Shown here: positions 10,762 through 21,030 of the stretch, piece after piece
Layout: each line of letters begins with the position of its first letter
How positions within the stretch are numbered: the stretch's first letter is position 1
Origin: a bacterium
GTDB taxonomy: Bacteria > UBA8248
DNA length: 64,000 nt
NCBI GenBank assembly: GCA_965261085.1
Contig: OZ253442.1
Location: forward strand, 1,824,001-1,888,000
Direction of reading: 5' to 3'
Program-made: the position numbers and the translations under genes
The notes under the pieces: generated by a model
Databases searched by the model: none
The model's input: the letters and a program-made list of their open reading frames with translations, nothing else
Told to the model about the DNA's origin: nothing

Positions 10762-11793
10762 CTAGTCTATCAGCATGGCGTCTCCGTAGCTGTAGAATCG
10801 ATAGCCCTTTTCAATCGCCTGCGTGTATGCGCTCAGGATTTTCTCCTTGCCCGCGAACGCCGCCACGAGCATGAGCAGGGTCGAACGTGGCAGGTGAAAG
10901 TTAGTCAGCATCATGTCCACCACCTGAAACTGAAAACCCGGCCTGATGAACAGGCGGGTGCTGAACTCCCCCGCCTGTAGCGTCTGGCCGCGCGCGGCCG
11001 CCTCGATATATGCGGATTCCAAGGCCCGAACCACCGTCGTTCCCACGGCCAGGATGCGGCCGCCATCCGCTTTCGTATCGTGGAGCGAGGCGACGGCGTC
11101 TTCCGGCAAAATGTAGGTTTCCGCGTCCATCTCGTGTTCTTCGATATTTTCCGTTTGAACGGGCCGGAACGTCCCGGCTCCCACGTGGAGGGTGAGCTGG
11201 GCGATGCGCGCGCCGGCGGCCGAAATGTTTTCGAGCATCCTTGCGCTCAGGTGCAGGCCCGCCGTGGGTGCGGCGACGGCCCCTGGGTTTCGGGCGAAAA
11301 TGGTTTGGTAGCGCTCCTTGTCGATGGCCTCGGCGCTTCTGTCCAGATATGGCGGGATCGGCATTTCCCCGAAAGATTCCAGCCACTCGGCGAGACCATG
11401 CGGGGAGGAGAATTCGAGTTCTCTCTCCCGGCCCTGCGGCCCTAGCGTGGCGTGGTGCTCCTCGTCGAAAACGATGGTTTCTCCCTCGGGCAATGGGCGG
11501 TTGGCGCGCACCATGGCGCGAAATTTTCCGGGAGAGAGTTGTTTGAGCAAGAGGGCTTCCACCCGGCCTCCGCTCTCGCGCCTGCCGCGAATTCTCCACG
11601 GGTTGACCTTCGTGTCGTTGAGAACAAGCAGATCCCCCGGACGCAGATGGCGCGGCAGATCGGTGACCTTGAGATGCGCAAGCGCTTCGCCCGCTTTGGG
11701 GAGATGGAGGAGCCTCGCGTCCTCGCGGTTCGGCGGCGGGTACCGGGCGATGAGATTCCGGGGCAGGTGATAGTCGAAGTCATTGAGTTTCAT
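10762..11793 (-). CDS. queA: S-adenosylmethionine:tRNA ribosyltransferase-isomerase
   Basis: DFDYHLP, PIPPY, YQT, AVAAPTAGLH, TLHVGAGTF, TNFHLPRSTL, YRFYSYGDAM. Confidence 0.97.
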   Translation of the reverse strand: MKLNDFDYHLPRNLIARYPPPNREDARLLHLPKAGEALAHLKVTDLPRHLRPGDLLVLNDTKVNPWRIRGRRESGGRVEALLLKQLSPGKFRAMVRANRPLPEGETIVFDEEHHATLGPQGRERELEFSSPHGLAEWLESFGEMPIPPYLDRSAEAIDKERYQTIFARNPGAVAAPTAGLHLSARMLENISAAGARIAQLTLHVGAGTFRPVQTENIEEHEMDAETYILPEDAVASLHDTKADGGRILAVGTTVVRALESAYIEAAARGQTLQAGEFSTRLFIRPGFQFQVVDMMLTNFHLPRSTLLMLVAAFAGKEKILSAYTQAIEKGYRFYSYGDAMLID

Positions 11794-11838
11794 ACGGCTC
11801 ACTTCCTGACCAGGTTTCCTTCGGGACGGCGCGCGAAG

Positions 11839-12666
11839 CTAGCTTTCTTCATCCGCTTGATCGAGGCGAGAGGAATCTTGTGACCCGTCTTTTTCCCCGG
11901 GATGAAAAAGTTTCCAAATCGCTTGTCGCAGCACGCCCCGCATTACCCGAACCTCCCTCTCGTCGGGCCCCAGCCTGTCGAGCATCCTCCTGAAGGTCCG
12001 GGCCACGCGATCCGGGTCGTTATGGGGTACGAAACCTATCTGTTCCATGGATTCGAGCAGATGATCCACCAGTCCCTCGATTTCCTCGCGAGATGCGGAT
12101 TCATACTCGTTCGCGCGCTCCGGCTTCGCATCGCTCTTTCGGGCAGGAGGGGTCACCTGGTTTTGGCTGAAAAGCTCCCAAAGGACGATCAGGACGGCTT
12201 GGGAGAGGTTGAACGATTCGCCGCTGGGCAATGCCGGAATGAGGAGTCTTTCCTGGCACAGGCTCAACTCCTCCGTGAACAGGCCCTTGTCCTCCTGCCC
12301 GAACACCAGGCCGACCTTCGTGGTCGATGCGCGCTCGAGCAGAGCGCCCGCATCCTCTCTCGGGCGCATGGTGGGCTGTCGTTTTCTGCCCAGACGCCTC
12401 GACGTGCCCACCAGCCAGCCGCAATCGTGCGAGGCCTCGCGAAGGCTGGCGAAATGCTTCGCGCTCGCCAGCAAGGGCTGCGCGTTCATGGCCATCGAGC
12501 GGGCGTCCACGCTTTTCACGTCGCATTGAGGTGAGACGAGGCGCAAGTCCGATACGCCGAAGTGCGACATGACGCGCGCGATGGCGCCCACGTTGCGCGC
12601 ACCCCTCGGGCGCACGAGAATGATGGCGAAATCGACGTTTTCTTCCAAAGAAACTGGCTCGACCAT
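11839..12666 (-). CDS. SPOUT tRNA methyltransferase, TrmJ/LasT group
   Basis: ILVRP...NVGAIAR.M..FG, VFGQEDKGL..EEL, SFNLSQAV; C-terminal helical extension. Confidence 0.85.
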   Translation of the reverse strand: MVEPVSLEENVDFAIILVRPRGARNVGAIARVMSHFGVSDLRLVSPQCDVKSVDARSMAMNAQPLLASAKHFASLREASHDCGWLVGTSRRLGRKRQPTMRPREDAGALLERASTTKVGLVFGQEDKGLFTEELSLCQERLLIPALPSGESFNLSQAVLIVLWELFSQNQVTPPARKSDAKPERANEYESASREEIEGLVDHLLESMEQIGFVPHNDPDRVARTFRRMLDRLGPDEREVRVMRGVLRQAIWKLFHPGEKDGSQDSSRLDQADEES

Positions 12667-12936
12667 AAAATGAAATCAGTGTGTGAGGGGAATAGGGACA
12701 TTTGCATTCTTCCGCGCCGGAGGCCTTGTTCGTCATGCCGCCCCGGTGCGGACGCGCTCTTTTCCCTCTCATAGCACGAAGAGGCCCAGCCTGTCATAAA
12801 CGAATCGGGTGTGAGCGCAGAAATGCCGACAATAGGCGTTTGCGAATTGGTGTCCCGGGCCTTGGCGCGACGGATTCGCTCCGAAAGCCCGCGCGGCGGT
12901 GTCATCTGCTCCATTTGGGCGTAATATGGACACGCT

Positions 12937-13329
12937 ATGAGTTCCGACATCACACGAACATTCGAAGGCGGGAACCTGCACGAGTTGTCCGCTTTTCTCG
13001 TGACGCCCGCTCGCTCGGGCATATTCCTCACGCGAAGCCGCATCCGCGCCCTGGCGCTGGAGATGGGACTGCGCGCGGGCGTCCAGAACCGCGCCAGAAT
13101 GCTGGAAAATCTTTTCCGCGAGGCGGGTTCGGACGGCCGGGTCCAGGAACTGCTCGGGCGAATCGATGACATCGCAGGGGAGAACCTTGCCCGGTACCGC
13201 GCTTGGGCGAAGGCGTGCCCGCCCTCGAAGGCCACGTGGCGCGATTGGTCCAGGAAAACGCGCGCGCTCAGACGCCACCTCTCGCAAGCCCAGAAATGGG
13301 CGCGCGCCATGAAAGAAGATGCCCCATAG
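12937..13329 (+). CDS. hypothetical protein (130 aa, basic, helical)
   Basis: ORF fills the intergenic gap with host-like codon usage; no recognised family. Confidence 0.6.
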   Translation: MSSDITRTFEGGNLHELSAFLVTPARSGIFLTRSRIRALALEMGLRAGVQNRARMLENLFREAGSDGRVQELLGRIDDIAGENLARYRAWAKACPPSKATWRDWSRKTRALRRHLSQAQKWARAMKEDAP

Positions 13330-13383
13330 GCGGATTTTGATGCGGGGTGAAAAAGCCGCGTGGCGGAATCGCCGTCCCCTCTC

Positions 13384-14022
13384 CTAAAGTATCCCGGCGA
13401 TGTATTTTCTGTCCGAGAAGGCGAATTCGCGTATCCATTTGGCGAGTTCACGGTACAGATGCGTTTCCGCGTCCTCTTCCATGCTCGACGTGTAGATGGG
13501 CATCCAGCCCATGAGATGCTCATCCATGAACCGCGCGCTTAAAGATAGTTTCTCCCGCGCGAGGTCGGCGTTTTCATCCTCCCAGGCGTCCGCTTCTTCG
13601 CTAGCGAGCCGGGCCAGGAATTCAAGCTCTACGCTTAAATGATCCATCGCCAGCACGCTGGGGTGGGCGAGGCCGGCGCTGCCCCGTCCGGGGTTGTAGC
13701 CGCACGCCCGGTAGAAATCGGCCACCTCATCCGTCCTCTTCGAATTCAGATGTCCGCTTTCATCCATCAGGGCGGCTTCGTAGGGAGGAGAGGAGAGCAC
13801 GAACAGGTTTGTGAAATCGACCCTGAGCTTTTGGAGGGCTTCTTCGGTGGGATTGAATCTTTCCGGGAATAAAAACGGGTAGTTATCTTGTAAGAACGCG
13901 GCTAGTTCCGAGTCGAGCGGGTCGAGCATCGCCCGCGCCTGAACCCGGTAGAGTTGCGCGCGGAGCCTCGCCTGCTCGGCGTTTTCAGAGTGTGAGGCGT
14001 GGCGCTTCCAGCGAAGACTCAT
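13384..14022 (-). CDS. TorD/DmsD-family molybdoenzyme maturation chaperone
   Basis: PPYE and DHLSVELEFL motifs, HL..W; ATG at 14022 overlaps the stop of the catalytic subunit (ATGA). Confidence 0.85.
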   Translation of the reverse strand: MSLRWKRHASHSENAEQARLRAQLYRVQARAMLDPLDSELAAFLQDNYPFLFPERFNPTEEALQKLRVDFTNLFVLSSPPYEAALMDESGHLNSKRTDEVADFYRACGYNPGRGSAGLAHPSVLAMDHLSVELEFLARLASEEADAWEDENADLAREKLSLSARFMDEHLMGWMPIYTSSMEEDAETHLYRELAKWIREFAFSDRKYIAGIL

Positions 14023-16895
14023 TCGGAGATGGTGTAGGCCTCGGCCTGGGGCTTGTTGGGCCGGGCGAACCACAGCGGGCGCCTGAGGTTGTCGGGGCCG
14101 GGCGCGGGCTTCGTCATCTCGAGCCATTGCTTGTAGTGCTCGAAACTCTTCTTCGTATCGACGCTGATGTCGCCGTAGCGATCCGCCGCCCCCGCTTTCG
14201 TGACCCGCACCTTCTGGTGCCAGCAGTGCATTCCGCTCACCGGATCGGGGTTGACCGGGAAGGTGAGGTTCTGGTTCACGCCCACCTCGCGCCACCATAT
14301 GCGCTCCGTGTCGGGGTCGTCGCTCTTGAAGGGCTGGACGCCGTGCACCTGGCGCATGGTGTATTCCCCATCACCCTTCTCATCGAGGCGAACGACGGCG
14401 GAGGCGATCCTGGGCGCGCCCTGGTCTTCGCTCAGACGCCAGCGGCCCAGGTGATGCGCCATGGCGACGATGCCGGGTTTCAAGCCCTCCGTCACCCAGC
14501 ATCTCGTGACGAAATGGCCTATCTTGGTCTCGACTTTCGCCAGGTCGCCCGTCTGGATCCCTAAGCGCGCGGCGTCGTTGGTGTGGAGCCACAGCGGGTT
14601 GTTGTGGGTGATCTCGTAGAGCCACTTCACGGCCGAGCGCGTGTGGACGAGGGTGGCGAGGCGATAGTTCGGCAACAGGTCGAACTCGTTGTTCCCCCGT
14701 TCCATGTCGCGCCAGTAGACGTGGGTCTTCATGTATTTTGGGATGGCCTCATCGCCCCAGTCCCAGGCCGCCATGGTCGGGCTGTAGAATTCGAGTTTCT
14801 TAGAAGGCGTGTGGAAGCCCTCCCTCGCCTTGCCCCGGCTCATGTTGCCGATGAGCGCGCCGTCTTTCCAGACCGAGCCCGTCGTCTCATCCACGTGGGC
14901 GTCGTGCATCGCCTCATCCGATAGCTCGTGCATGTGGGGTTCGTATATGTTTTCCTCTACGGCGAAAACACCGTATTTGCGCATGTATTCCAGCGCTGTG
15001 AGTCCTTCTTTCGCGGCGGCTTCGGGCAATCCCGGAACGCCGTTCTCGAACATCCACTGGTAGTATTCGTTCACCGTAATCTTCGCGCCCGGCCTGTAGG
15101 GACTCTCGAAATACTGCCGGATGCCGAGCGAACCGTCGGGGTCGATGCGCCAGGAGAGTTCGATGTGGAGCTCGTTTTCCTCCCACACCTCGCCGGGGTT
15201 CGTCTCGCGCGTAGTTTCGAACGTCTCGCCCATCTTCTCGCGCAACGCCCGCAGGACGGGCTGGCGGAAGCCCACCCATTTCGTGGGGTGCGTCTCCTGG
15301 CTCTGGTTGTCGTGGCGTTCCGTCGCGATGCCCATGGGCAGAATGTAGTCCGCGAACCACGCCGTCTCGCTCCAGGTGGGGGTGAGCGCCACGTGGCAGC
15401 CTATCTTGTCGTGGTCTTTGAGCATATCCACCCACATGAAGCCGTCGGGGTTCGTCCACACCGGGTTATAGACCCGCGTAAAGTAGACGTCGACGCTGTG
15501 GCCCTTGTCCTTCACGAGGTGGGGCATCAGGAAACTCATCTCGAAGAAGGCGAGGGGGTATTCCCGGGGAAAGAGGAGTTCGTTCCAGTCTTTGGGTCCC
15601 GGAGCGGGGTTGGGGTGTTTGGGCACGAATTTGTGCGTGCTCGCCAGATGGGTTCCGCCCACCGTGCCCACCGCGCCCGTCAGCGAAGGCAGAAAGTGCA
15701 GACACCGCGCCACCTGCCAGCCGTGCAGGTTGCCGGTGGCGGCAGCGCGCCAGACGTGGATGCAAAGGCGGCTCCCGGCGCGGGCGACGACCTGGGCGAC
15801 TTCGGCGATGAGGTCGACGGAAACGCCCGTCTCCTCCGCCGCGTACTCGAAGGTGAACTCCGCGTATTCTTGTTTAAGTTTCTCGATGAAGTTATCGAAA
15901 CTCGCCTCATCGTCGGGATGAACGGTCCGCATGTATTCGGTCCAGTTCATCCACTCCTCGACGAACTGCGCGTCGAACTGCCCGGTATCGAGCAGATAGC
16001 GCGCGATGGCGAGCAGAATCGCGCTCTCGGTTCCGCTGTAGGCGGGCAGCCAGTAGTCGGCCTTCGCCGCCGTGTTGGAGAGCCTGGGGTCTATGACGAT
16101 GAGCTTCGCCCCGCTCGTCTGCGCCTCGATGATGCGCTGGGCCGAGGGGTTGTAGTAGTGGCCCGTGTCGAGGTGGCTGCTGATTAGCAAAATGGCGTCG
16201 GCGTTGGTGAAATCGGGCGAAGGCCTGTCCGATCCGTTCCAGAGGAACTGGCCGATGCGGGCCGAGGAGCTGCACACGTTCGTGTGGCTGTTGTGTCCGT
16301 CCACGCCCCAGCCGGCGAGGGTCTTGAACATGTAGCCGTCCTCGCCGGGACGCCCCACGTGATAGATGATGCTGTTTCGCCGTTCTTCCTGGATCGCCTT
16401 TCTGATGCGCCCGGCGATGTCGTCGAGCGCCTCGTCCCAGCTCACGCGCTCCCACTTGCCCTCGCCGCGCTCGCCCACGCGTTTCAAGGGATAGAAGATG
16501 CGGTCGGGGTCGTACACCTGGTTGAGCGTCACCCATCCCTTGGCGCAGTTTCGCCCGCGCGAGGCGGGGTGGAGGGGATTCCCCTCGATTTTTCTGATCT
16601 TCATGTCGTCTTTGTCGACGTAGGCCAGAAGTCCGCATCCCGCCTCGCAGTTGAAGCAAAGCGTCGGAACCAGCGCGTAGTTTCTCGCTACTTTCTGCGG
16701 CCACTTGGTGCTTTCATATTCCGTCCAGTTGTCCCATTTGTCGGGACTCGGGTAGGAAGTGAGAGCGCCGTTCGTGTTGGTGTAGTTCAGTTGGCCTGCG
16801 GGGGCCGCGGGCGGGGCTTTGGTCAGCAGATCGGGGCGGCCCAGAGAGGCGATGTCGCGCGCGCCCTTGCCGGCTTGAAGATGGCTTGTGCTCAT
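14019..16895 (-). CDS. DMSO-reductase-family molybdopterin oxidoreductase, catalytic subunit, no Tat signal
   Basis: CFNCEAGC...NCAKG [4Fe-4S] motif, PLKRVGERGEGKWERVSWDEA, HNSHTNVC (putative Cys Mo ligand), C-terminal MGD-binding domain. Confidence 0.9.
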   Translation of the reverse strand: MSTSHLQAGKGARDIASLGRPDLLTKAPPAAPAGQLNYTNTNGALTSYPSPDKWDNWTEYESTKWPQKVARNYALVPTLCFNCEAGCGLLAYVDKDDMKIRKIEGNPLHPASRGRNCAKGWVTLNQVYDPDRIFYPLKRVGERGEGKWERVSWDEALDDIAGRIRKAIQEERRNSIIYHVGRPGEDGYMFKTLAGWGVDGHNSHTNVCSSSARIGQFLWNGSDRPSPDFTNADAILLISSHLDTGHYYNPSAQRIIEAQTSGAKLIVIDPRLSNTAAKADYWLPAYSGTESAILLAIARYLLDTGQFDAQFVEEWMNWTEYMRTVHPDDEASFDNFIEKLKQEYAEFTFEYAAEETGVSVDLIAEVAQVVARAGSRLCIHVWRAAATGNLHGWQVARCLHFLPSLTGAVGTVGGTHLASTHKFVPKHPNPAPGPKDWNELLFPREYPLAFFEMSFLMPHLVKDKGHSVDVYFTRVYNPVWTNPDGFMWVDMLKDHDKIGCHVALTPTWSETAWFADYILPMGIATERHDNQSQETHPTKWVGFRQPVLRALREKMGETFETTRETNPGEVWEENELHIELSWRIDPDGSLGIRQYFESPYRPGAKITVNEYYQWMFENGVPGLPEAAAKEGLTALEYMRKYGVFAVEENIYEPHMHELSDEAMHDAHVDETTGSVWKDGALIGNMSRGKAREGFHTPSKKLEFYSPTMAAWDWGDEAIPKYMKTHVYWRDMERGNNEFDLLPNYRLATLVHTRSAVKWLYEITHNNPLWLHTNDAARLGIQTGDLAKVETKIGHFVTRCWVTEGLKPGIVAMAHHLGRWRLSEDQGAPRIASAVVRLDEKGDGEYTMRQVHGVQPFKSDDPDTERIWWREVGVNQNLTFPVNPDPVSGMHCWHQKVRVTKAGAADRYGDISVDTKKSFEHYKQWLEMTKPAPGPDNLRRPLWFARPNKPQAEAYTISE

Positions 16896-16913
16896 GTTCT
16901 TGAAACTCCCGGA

Positions 16914-18434
16914 TTACGAAAGGGGAATGGCCTGTCCGGCCTTCACCCAGATTTTGTCCCAAAGATAGGCGCCCGCCATGGCCATGATGCCGGCCAGCAC
17001 CGCGCCGAAGCCGCCGAAGCCGCCCGCCCAAAGCAGGAACAGTGGAACGAGGCATCCCACGATGATGGCGCCTCCCCAGAAATCGTTCTTGAACGGTCCG
17101 CTCGTCAGCAGGTGGATCGCCCGCTCATGCGCCACGGAGCCGAAGCGATGCACGAGAATCGAGAACACGAGGATGCTCAGGTGCAGCAGGATGAGAATGG
17201 TGAGCAGCCCGCCCAGAATGTTCAGGACGGACGCTTGATTCGCGATGGGGAAGAGCGTGGCGAAGAGAATCAGAATCGCCGCGCCCTTCAAGCCCGATTG
17301 CACGCCGATGTCGAGGGTGTTCTCGCTTCCTTTCCACAGGTCGCGCGCCGAGGCTTGGGCGAAGAAAAAGCCGGTGTATATCGAGGAGAGCACGCCCATG
17401 ATGATAGTGGGCCAGAGAATGAGGCCCATGAAGCCCGTTGCGCCGAACATGGCTCCCAGCACCCAGAGAAGGGTGAGGGCGCCGTCGAGCGCGATGAACC
17501 ACGTGCCCCACGCCATCCAACTGCCCCAGTTCGAGCGCAGCATGATGTAGTAGAACCGCTCGGGCCGCTTGAGGTCGGTGACGAGCACCGCTCCCGTGGC
17601 GGCCAGAAGGATTCCGCTCAGTGCGGGCATCCAGAAAGAGAACAGCGAACTTTTGAAGCCGAACGCCCACAGAAACAGGCTGATGACCAGAAGACCCGTG
17701 CTCGCGCCCTTGGTCAGCAGATAGGTGATGATCTTCGTCTCCCAGGGAACCTCGTGGAAGGTGTCGTAAACGGTGCGGCTATCGCCTGGCTTGTTCTCCC
17801 ACTCGGGTACGACGTCTTCTCTTTCCATGTCCATCTCGCCCTGCTTGTAGATGCCCGACTGGCTCGCTTCCGTGGGGTCTAAGAGTTGGCGGCTGCCCTC
17901 GAGATAGTAGATGTTGGGTGCCGTGTTGTATTCGGGCTTTCTCACCTGGTAGGGGCGCTGCGTGGTGAGTTTCGATATCTTCGAATCCGCATCCTCCACG
18001 TCGCCGAACACGCGGCACTGCGTGGGACAGACCACCACGCAGGCGGGCTCCAGGCCCACTTCGAGGCGGTTCGCGCAGAAATTGCATTTTTCCGCCGTCA
18101 TCGTATTCGGATCGATGAAGAGTTGATCATACGGACACGCCGCGATGCAGGATTTACACCCGATGCACCAATCCGGGTCCAGGTCCACGATTCCGTCGCT
18201 GCGCCTGAAGAGCGCCTTCGTCGGGCAAATGTTCTGACACGGCGCGTCGTCGCACTGATTGCACAGGACGGGCAGAAATTCCCTTCTGGTGCTCGGAAAG
18301 ACGCCTTTCTCGACTTCTTTCACCCAGCATCGCCAGACGCCGATGGGAATATCGTGTTCAGATTTACACGCGATTGTGCAAGCATGACATCCTATGCAGG
18401 ATTCCAGATCAATCGCCATTGCATACTTGGTCAT
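16914..18434 (-). CDS. fused 4x[4Fe-4S] electron-transfer subunit + NrfD/PsrC membrane anchor
   Basis: N-half has CIGCHACTIAC, CNQCDDAPC...C, CIGCKSCIAAC, KCNFC...PACVVVCP; C-half multi-TM with DLKRPERF and SWMAWG NrfD motifs. Confidence 0.88.
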   Translation of the reverse strand: MTKYAMAIDLESCIGCHACTIACKSEHDIPIGVWRCWVKEVEKGVFPSTRREFLPVLCNQCDDAPCQNICPTKALFRRSDGIVDLDPDWCIGCKSCIAACPYDQLFIDPNTMTAEKCNFCANRLEVGLEPACVVVCPTQCRVFGDVEDADSKISKLTTQRPYQVRKPEYNTAPNIYYLEGSRQLLDPTEASQSGIYKQGEMDMEREDVVPEWENKPGDSRTVYDTFHEVPWETKIITYLLTKGASTGLLVISLFLWAFGFKSSLFSFWMPALSGILLAATGAVLVTDLKRPERFYYIMLRSNWGSWMAWGTWFIALDGALTLLWVLGAMFGATGFMGLILWPTIIMGVLSSIYTGFFFAQASARDLWKGSENTLDIGVQSGLKGAAILILFATLFPIANQASVLNILGGLLTILILLHLSILVFSILVHRFGSVAHERAIHLLTSGPFKNDFWGGAIIVGCLVPLFLLWAGGFGGFGAVLAGIMAMAGAYLWDKIWVKAGQAIPLS

Positions 18435-18578
18435 GAAGAATCCTCACTTGTGGTGAAACGTGTTTCTAATCATTTGGCTTAGCCCATTACTAGAACTTTG
18501 CGGCGGGCGTGTCAATTGAGGCAGGGTGATCCAGATTTTTCACGTTGTGGGGCGGCTTGAGGCTTGGGAGGAGTCCGG

Positions 18579-19157
18579 ATGACGGAGGGAAGCTTTATCA
18601 AGCCGAAACTCGCGTGCCTGGCAAGAGGCCTCACACTCGCCCGTATACTGGCGATTCCTGCATTCTTATGGGTTTTCTTCCGCTTGGAGTCCGCTCCCGA
18701 CCTTAGGTGGCGGATGTTGCTCATCGCCGTTTACGCCTACGCGATCCTGAGCGACTTGTTCGACGGCCCCTTGGCGAGACGCGCAGGCGCCGTGCGTTAT
18801 TTTTGGGGACTGGTGGACGCTTTTTCAGACGTCGCCTTCAACGCGGCGGCGCTTTCGGCCGCCGCCTGTACGGGGCGCATCGGCCCCTGGGCGCCCTTGG
18901 GCGTCTTGGCGCTGGGTGCGCAGTTCCTGTGGCGCTGCCGAGGCGGGGCCGGGAGCGCGGGCGATTCGTTGCCCGAAGATACGGCGGGCAAGTGGGCGGG
19001 GGTCTTTTTCTATGCGTTGGTGGGCGGCGTCGTCTTGGAGATGTGTTTCTCGTGGAACTGGCTCAAGCCCATCCTGTTCTGGCTCGGCCGCCTGGTTTTT
19101 CTCTACGCTTTATATTTACTCATCCGAAACGCGCGCTTATCTCAAAGACGCCTTTAG
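18579..19157 (+). CDS. CDP-alcohol phosphatidyltransferase family protein
   Basis: D..DG.LARR.......G..D...D signature; LTLARI; GGAGGA RBS. Confidence 0.85.
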   Translation: MTEGSFIKPKLACLARGLTLARILAIPAFLWVFFRLESAPDLRWRMLLIAVYAYAILSDLFDGPLARRAGAVRYFWGLVDAFSDVAFNAAALSAAACTGRIGPWAPLGVLALGAQFLWRCRGGAGSAGDSLPEDTAGKWAGVFFYALVGGVVLEMCFSWNWLKPILFWLGRLVFLYALYLLIRNARLSQRRL

Positions 19158-20098
19158 GTAATCTGCTTCTTTTTTCCGAATAAATCCGCATACGCTTTCG
19201 GCATGAACAACAAGCCGATCGTCCCGTTCGCCAGCATGAAGGTCAGGTGGGAGACGAGGCTGTAGGCGAGGAGGTCCGCTTCCGCCGCATAGTCCTTGAA
19301 AAAGAATATCCATGCCGCCTGGGAGGTGCCCAGATGCGCCACCGTCACCGGAAGCGCCCCTATCATGAAAACAAGCGGCAGGAACGTCAGAAGCCGAAAC
19401 AGCGGTATGTCCATCCCGAAGAGCGTCAGGGCGTATTTGTGCACGAATAAAGATAGCAGGAAAACGGAGCCCTTGAGCGCGAGGACGATGAGACCCTGTT
19501 TGAAGCGGACCGCCCGGAAGGTTTTGAGCAGGGTGTGGCCGCCGATTTTCTCGCCGATGACGCCCAGACCGCCTCGCGCCACCTGGGTGATGAAAATCCA
19601 GAAACACGCAAGTCCCAGGGGCAGAGTGATGAGAATGATCGGTGCGCCGCCTGGAAAGGCGATGAGGCCGACCGTCGCGAAGGAGATCAGGTTCGTGACT
19701 TCTAACAGGATGAGCATGGCGACGGTGCTGGTGATCTCGGCGAGCGGGGTCTGGAACCTGCGGTGAAAATAGAGCGCCAGCGCCACCTGGGCGAGTTGGG
19801 TGTTGATGATGGAGACGACGTAGGTGACGGCGCGCACGGGCAGCAGGGTCCGAAAAGTCAGCGGGCCGTGGAACCAGCGGATCATCTTGCTTAAGACGAA
19901 AGTATCCATCAGGAAAAAACAGATCGAAAAACACGCCATCAGCACGAGGAAGGGCGCAAGCCTCGCCTTCGATATGGCGAGGACGAACTCGTTGAAGGGG
20001 ATTCGCCAGAAAATGATGAGGAATATCACCACCGTCAGGCCGATGGGGATAAGTTGTCCGGCTTTGCCTGATTGATGAGAATCCTGGTTTTGCTCCAA
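19154..20098 (-). CDS. UPF0104 / lysylphosphatidylglycerol-synthase-TM-like flippase
   Basis: about 8 hydrophobic helices, LPVTVAHLG..Q motif; TTG start with AAGGAG RBS. Confidence 0.75.
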   Translation of the reverse strand: MEQNQDSHQSGKAGQLIPIGLTVVIFLIIFWRIPFNEFVLAISKARLAPFLVLMACFSICFFLMDTFVLSKMIRWFHGPLTFRTLLPVRAVTYVVSIINTQLAQVALALYFHRRFQTPLAEITSTVAMLILLEVTNLISFATVGLIAFPGGAPIILITLPLGLACFWIFITQVARGGLGVIGEKIGGHTLLKTFRAVRFKQGLIVLALKGSVFLLSLFVHKYALTLFGMDIPLFRLLTFLPLVFMIGALPVTVAHLGTSQAAWIFFFKDYAAEADLLAYSLVSHLTFMLANGTIGLLFMPKAYADLFGKKKQIT

Positions 20099-20124
20099 AG
20101 CGAAACTCCTTTGAAGAGGCGTGC

Positions 20125-21030
20125 TTATTCTTGATTTGGCAGCGAGAGGTCCAGAGTTTCATCGACGCCGGTGGAGGTGATGGAGGTGGCGTTTCTGGGT
20201 TCCTCATCACGACACAGATGCTCGTAAAAAATAATGTCGAATACGGTGCGGCTCATGGCGGAAGAAGGAGAGAAGCGGCTGATGATGCTCGAAGCGGCCC
20301 GGGCCGGCCCTCTGGGGATCGTCAGGATGCGGGGTTGTTTCCCGAGCCTTTTCCCGGCGCGCATCAAGAGTTCGGAATAGAGCAGGGTGTCCGGCCCCAC
20401 GAGGTTCATGCGCTTGAGCGGCGCCTCGGGATGAAGGAGCGACCACTCAACCGCACTCAGAACGTCGCCTAAGTAGATCGGCTGGATTCGAATCGCTCCT
20501 CCCGCCACAAGGGGGATCACTGAAGAGCGGAGCAGGTGTTTTATCTGGTTCATCGCCGGGGTATCGGGCCCCAGAATCATGGGCACGCGAAATATGGCGC
20601 CCGACGCGAAATTCCCTTCAATCAAATCTTCCGCCTGCCCTTTTGTCCGTAAATACTCGTTTTCTGACTCAGAATCCGCATCTGGAAAACTCAAGTACAC
20701 AAAGGATTTTACGCCGCGGGCGATGCTCGCCTCCACCATGTTTTTCGTGGTGATCAGATTCGCTTGAAGGAGGGAGTCGCCCGCTCTCGGAACGAGGGAA
20801 CCCGTCAGGTGCGCCACGCAGTCAGCACCTTCCACGGCGCGGCTGAGGCTTCCCGCGTCGCCGTAGTCCACCTGTATCAATTCGGCGGGGAGATCGCGCA
20901 GGTTCTCGCTTCGTCCCATATCCCGGACGAGCGCCCGCAGGCGAGCCTGCCCGAAGGGCGAATCCGCCCCGAGACGTTCGATGAGCGCTTTGCCGACGGC
21001 GCCGTTCGCGCCCGTGATGGCGATGTCGAT
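20125..21030 (-). CDS. NAD(P)-dependent epimerase/atypical SDR (NDUFA9-like); probable ATC start
   Basis: frame stays open upstream of the listed ATG (20919) and encodes DIAITGANGAVG (Rossmann GxxGxxG); YLRTK (YxxxK); IQPIY..DV. Confidence 0.8.
   Translation of the reverse strand: MDIAITGANGAVGKALIERLGADSPFGQARLRALVRDMGRSENLRDLPAELIQVDYGDAGSLSRAVEGADCVAHLTGSLVPRAGDSLLQANLITTKNMVEASIARGVKSFVYLSFPDADSESENEYLRTKGQAEDLIEGNFASGAIFRVPMILGPDTPAMNQIKHLLRSSVIPLVAGGAIRIQPIYLGDVLSAVEWSLLHPEAPLKRMNLVGPDTLLYSELLMRAGKRLGKQPRILTIPRGPARAASSIISRFSPSSAMSRTVFDIIFYEHLCRDEEPRNATSITSTGVDETLDLSLPNQE

Noticed and set aside
12667-12936. Possible structured ncRNA or riboswitch in the divergent gap
   Set aside because: No recognisable tRNA, SRP, tmRNA, Moco or other riboswitch motif could be identified by eye.
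13384-14298. 304-aa ORF as listed for the TorD-like gene
   Set aside because: The first ~92 codons overlap the catalytic-subunit gene out of frame; the real start is the coupled ATG at 14022.
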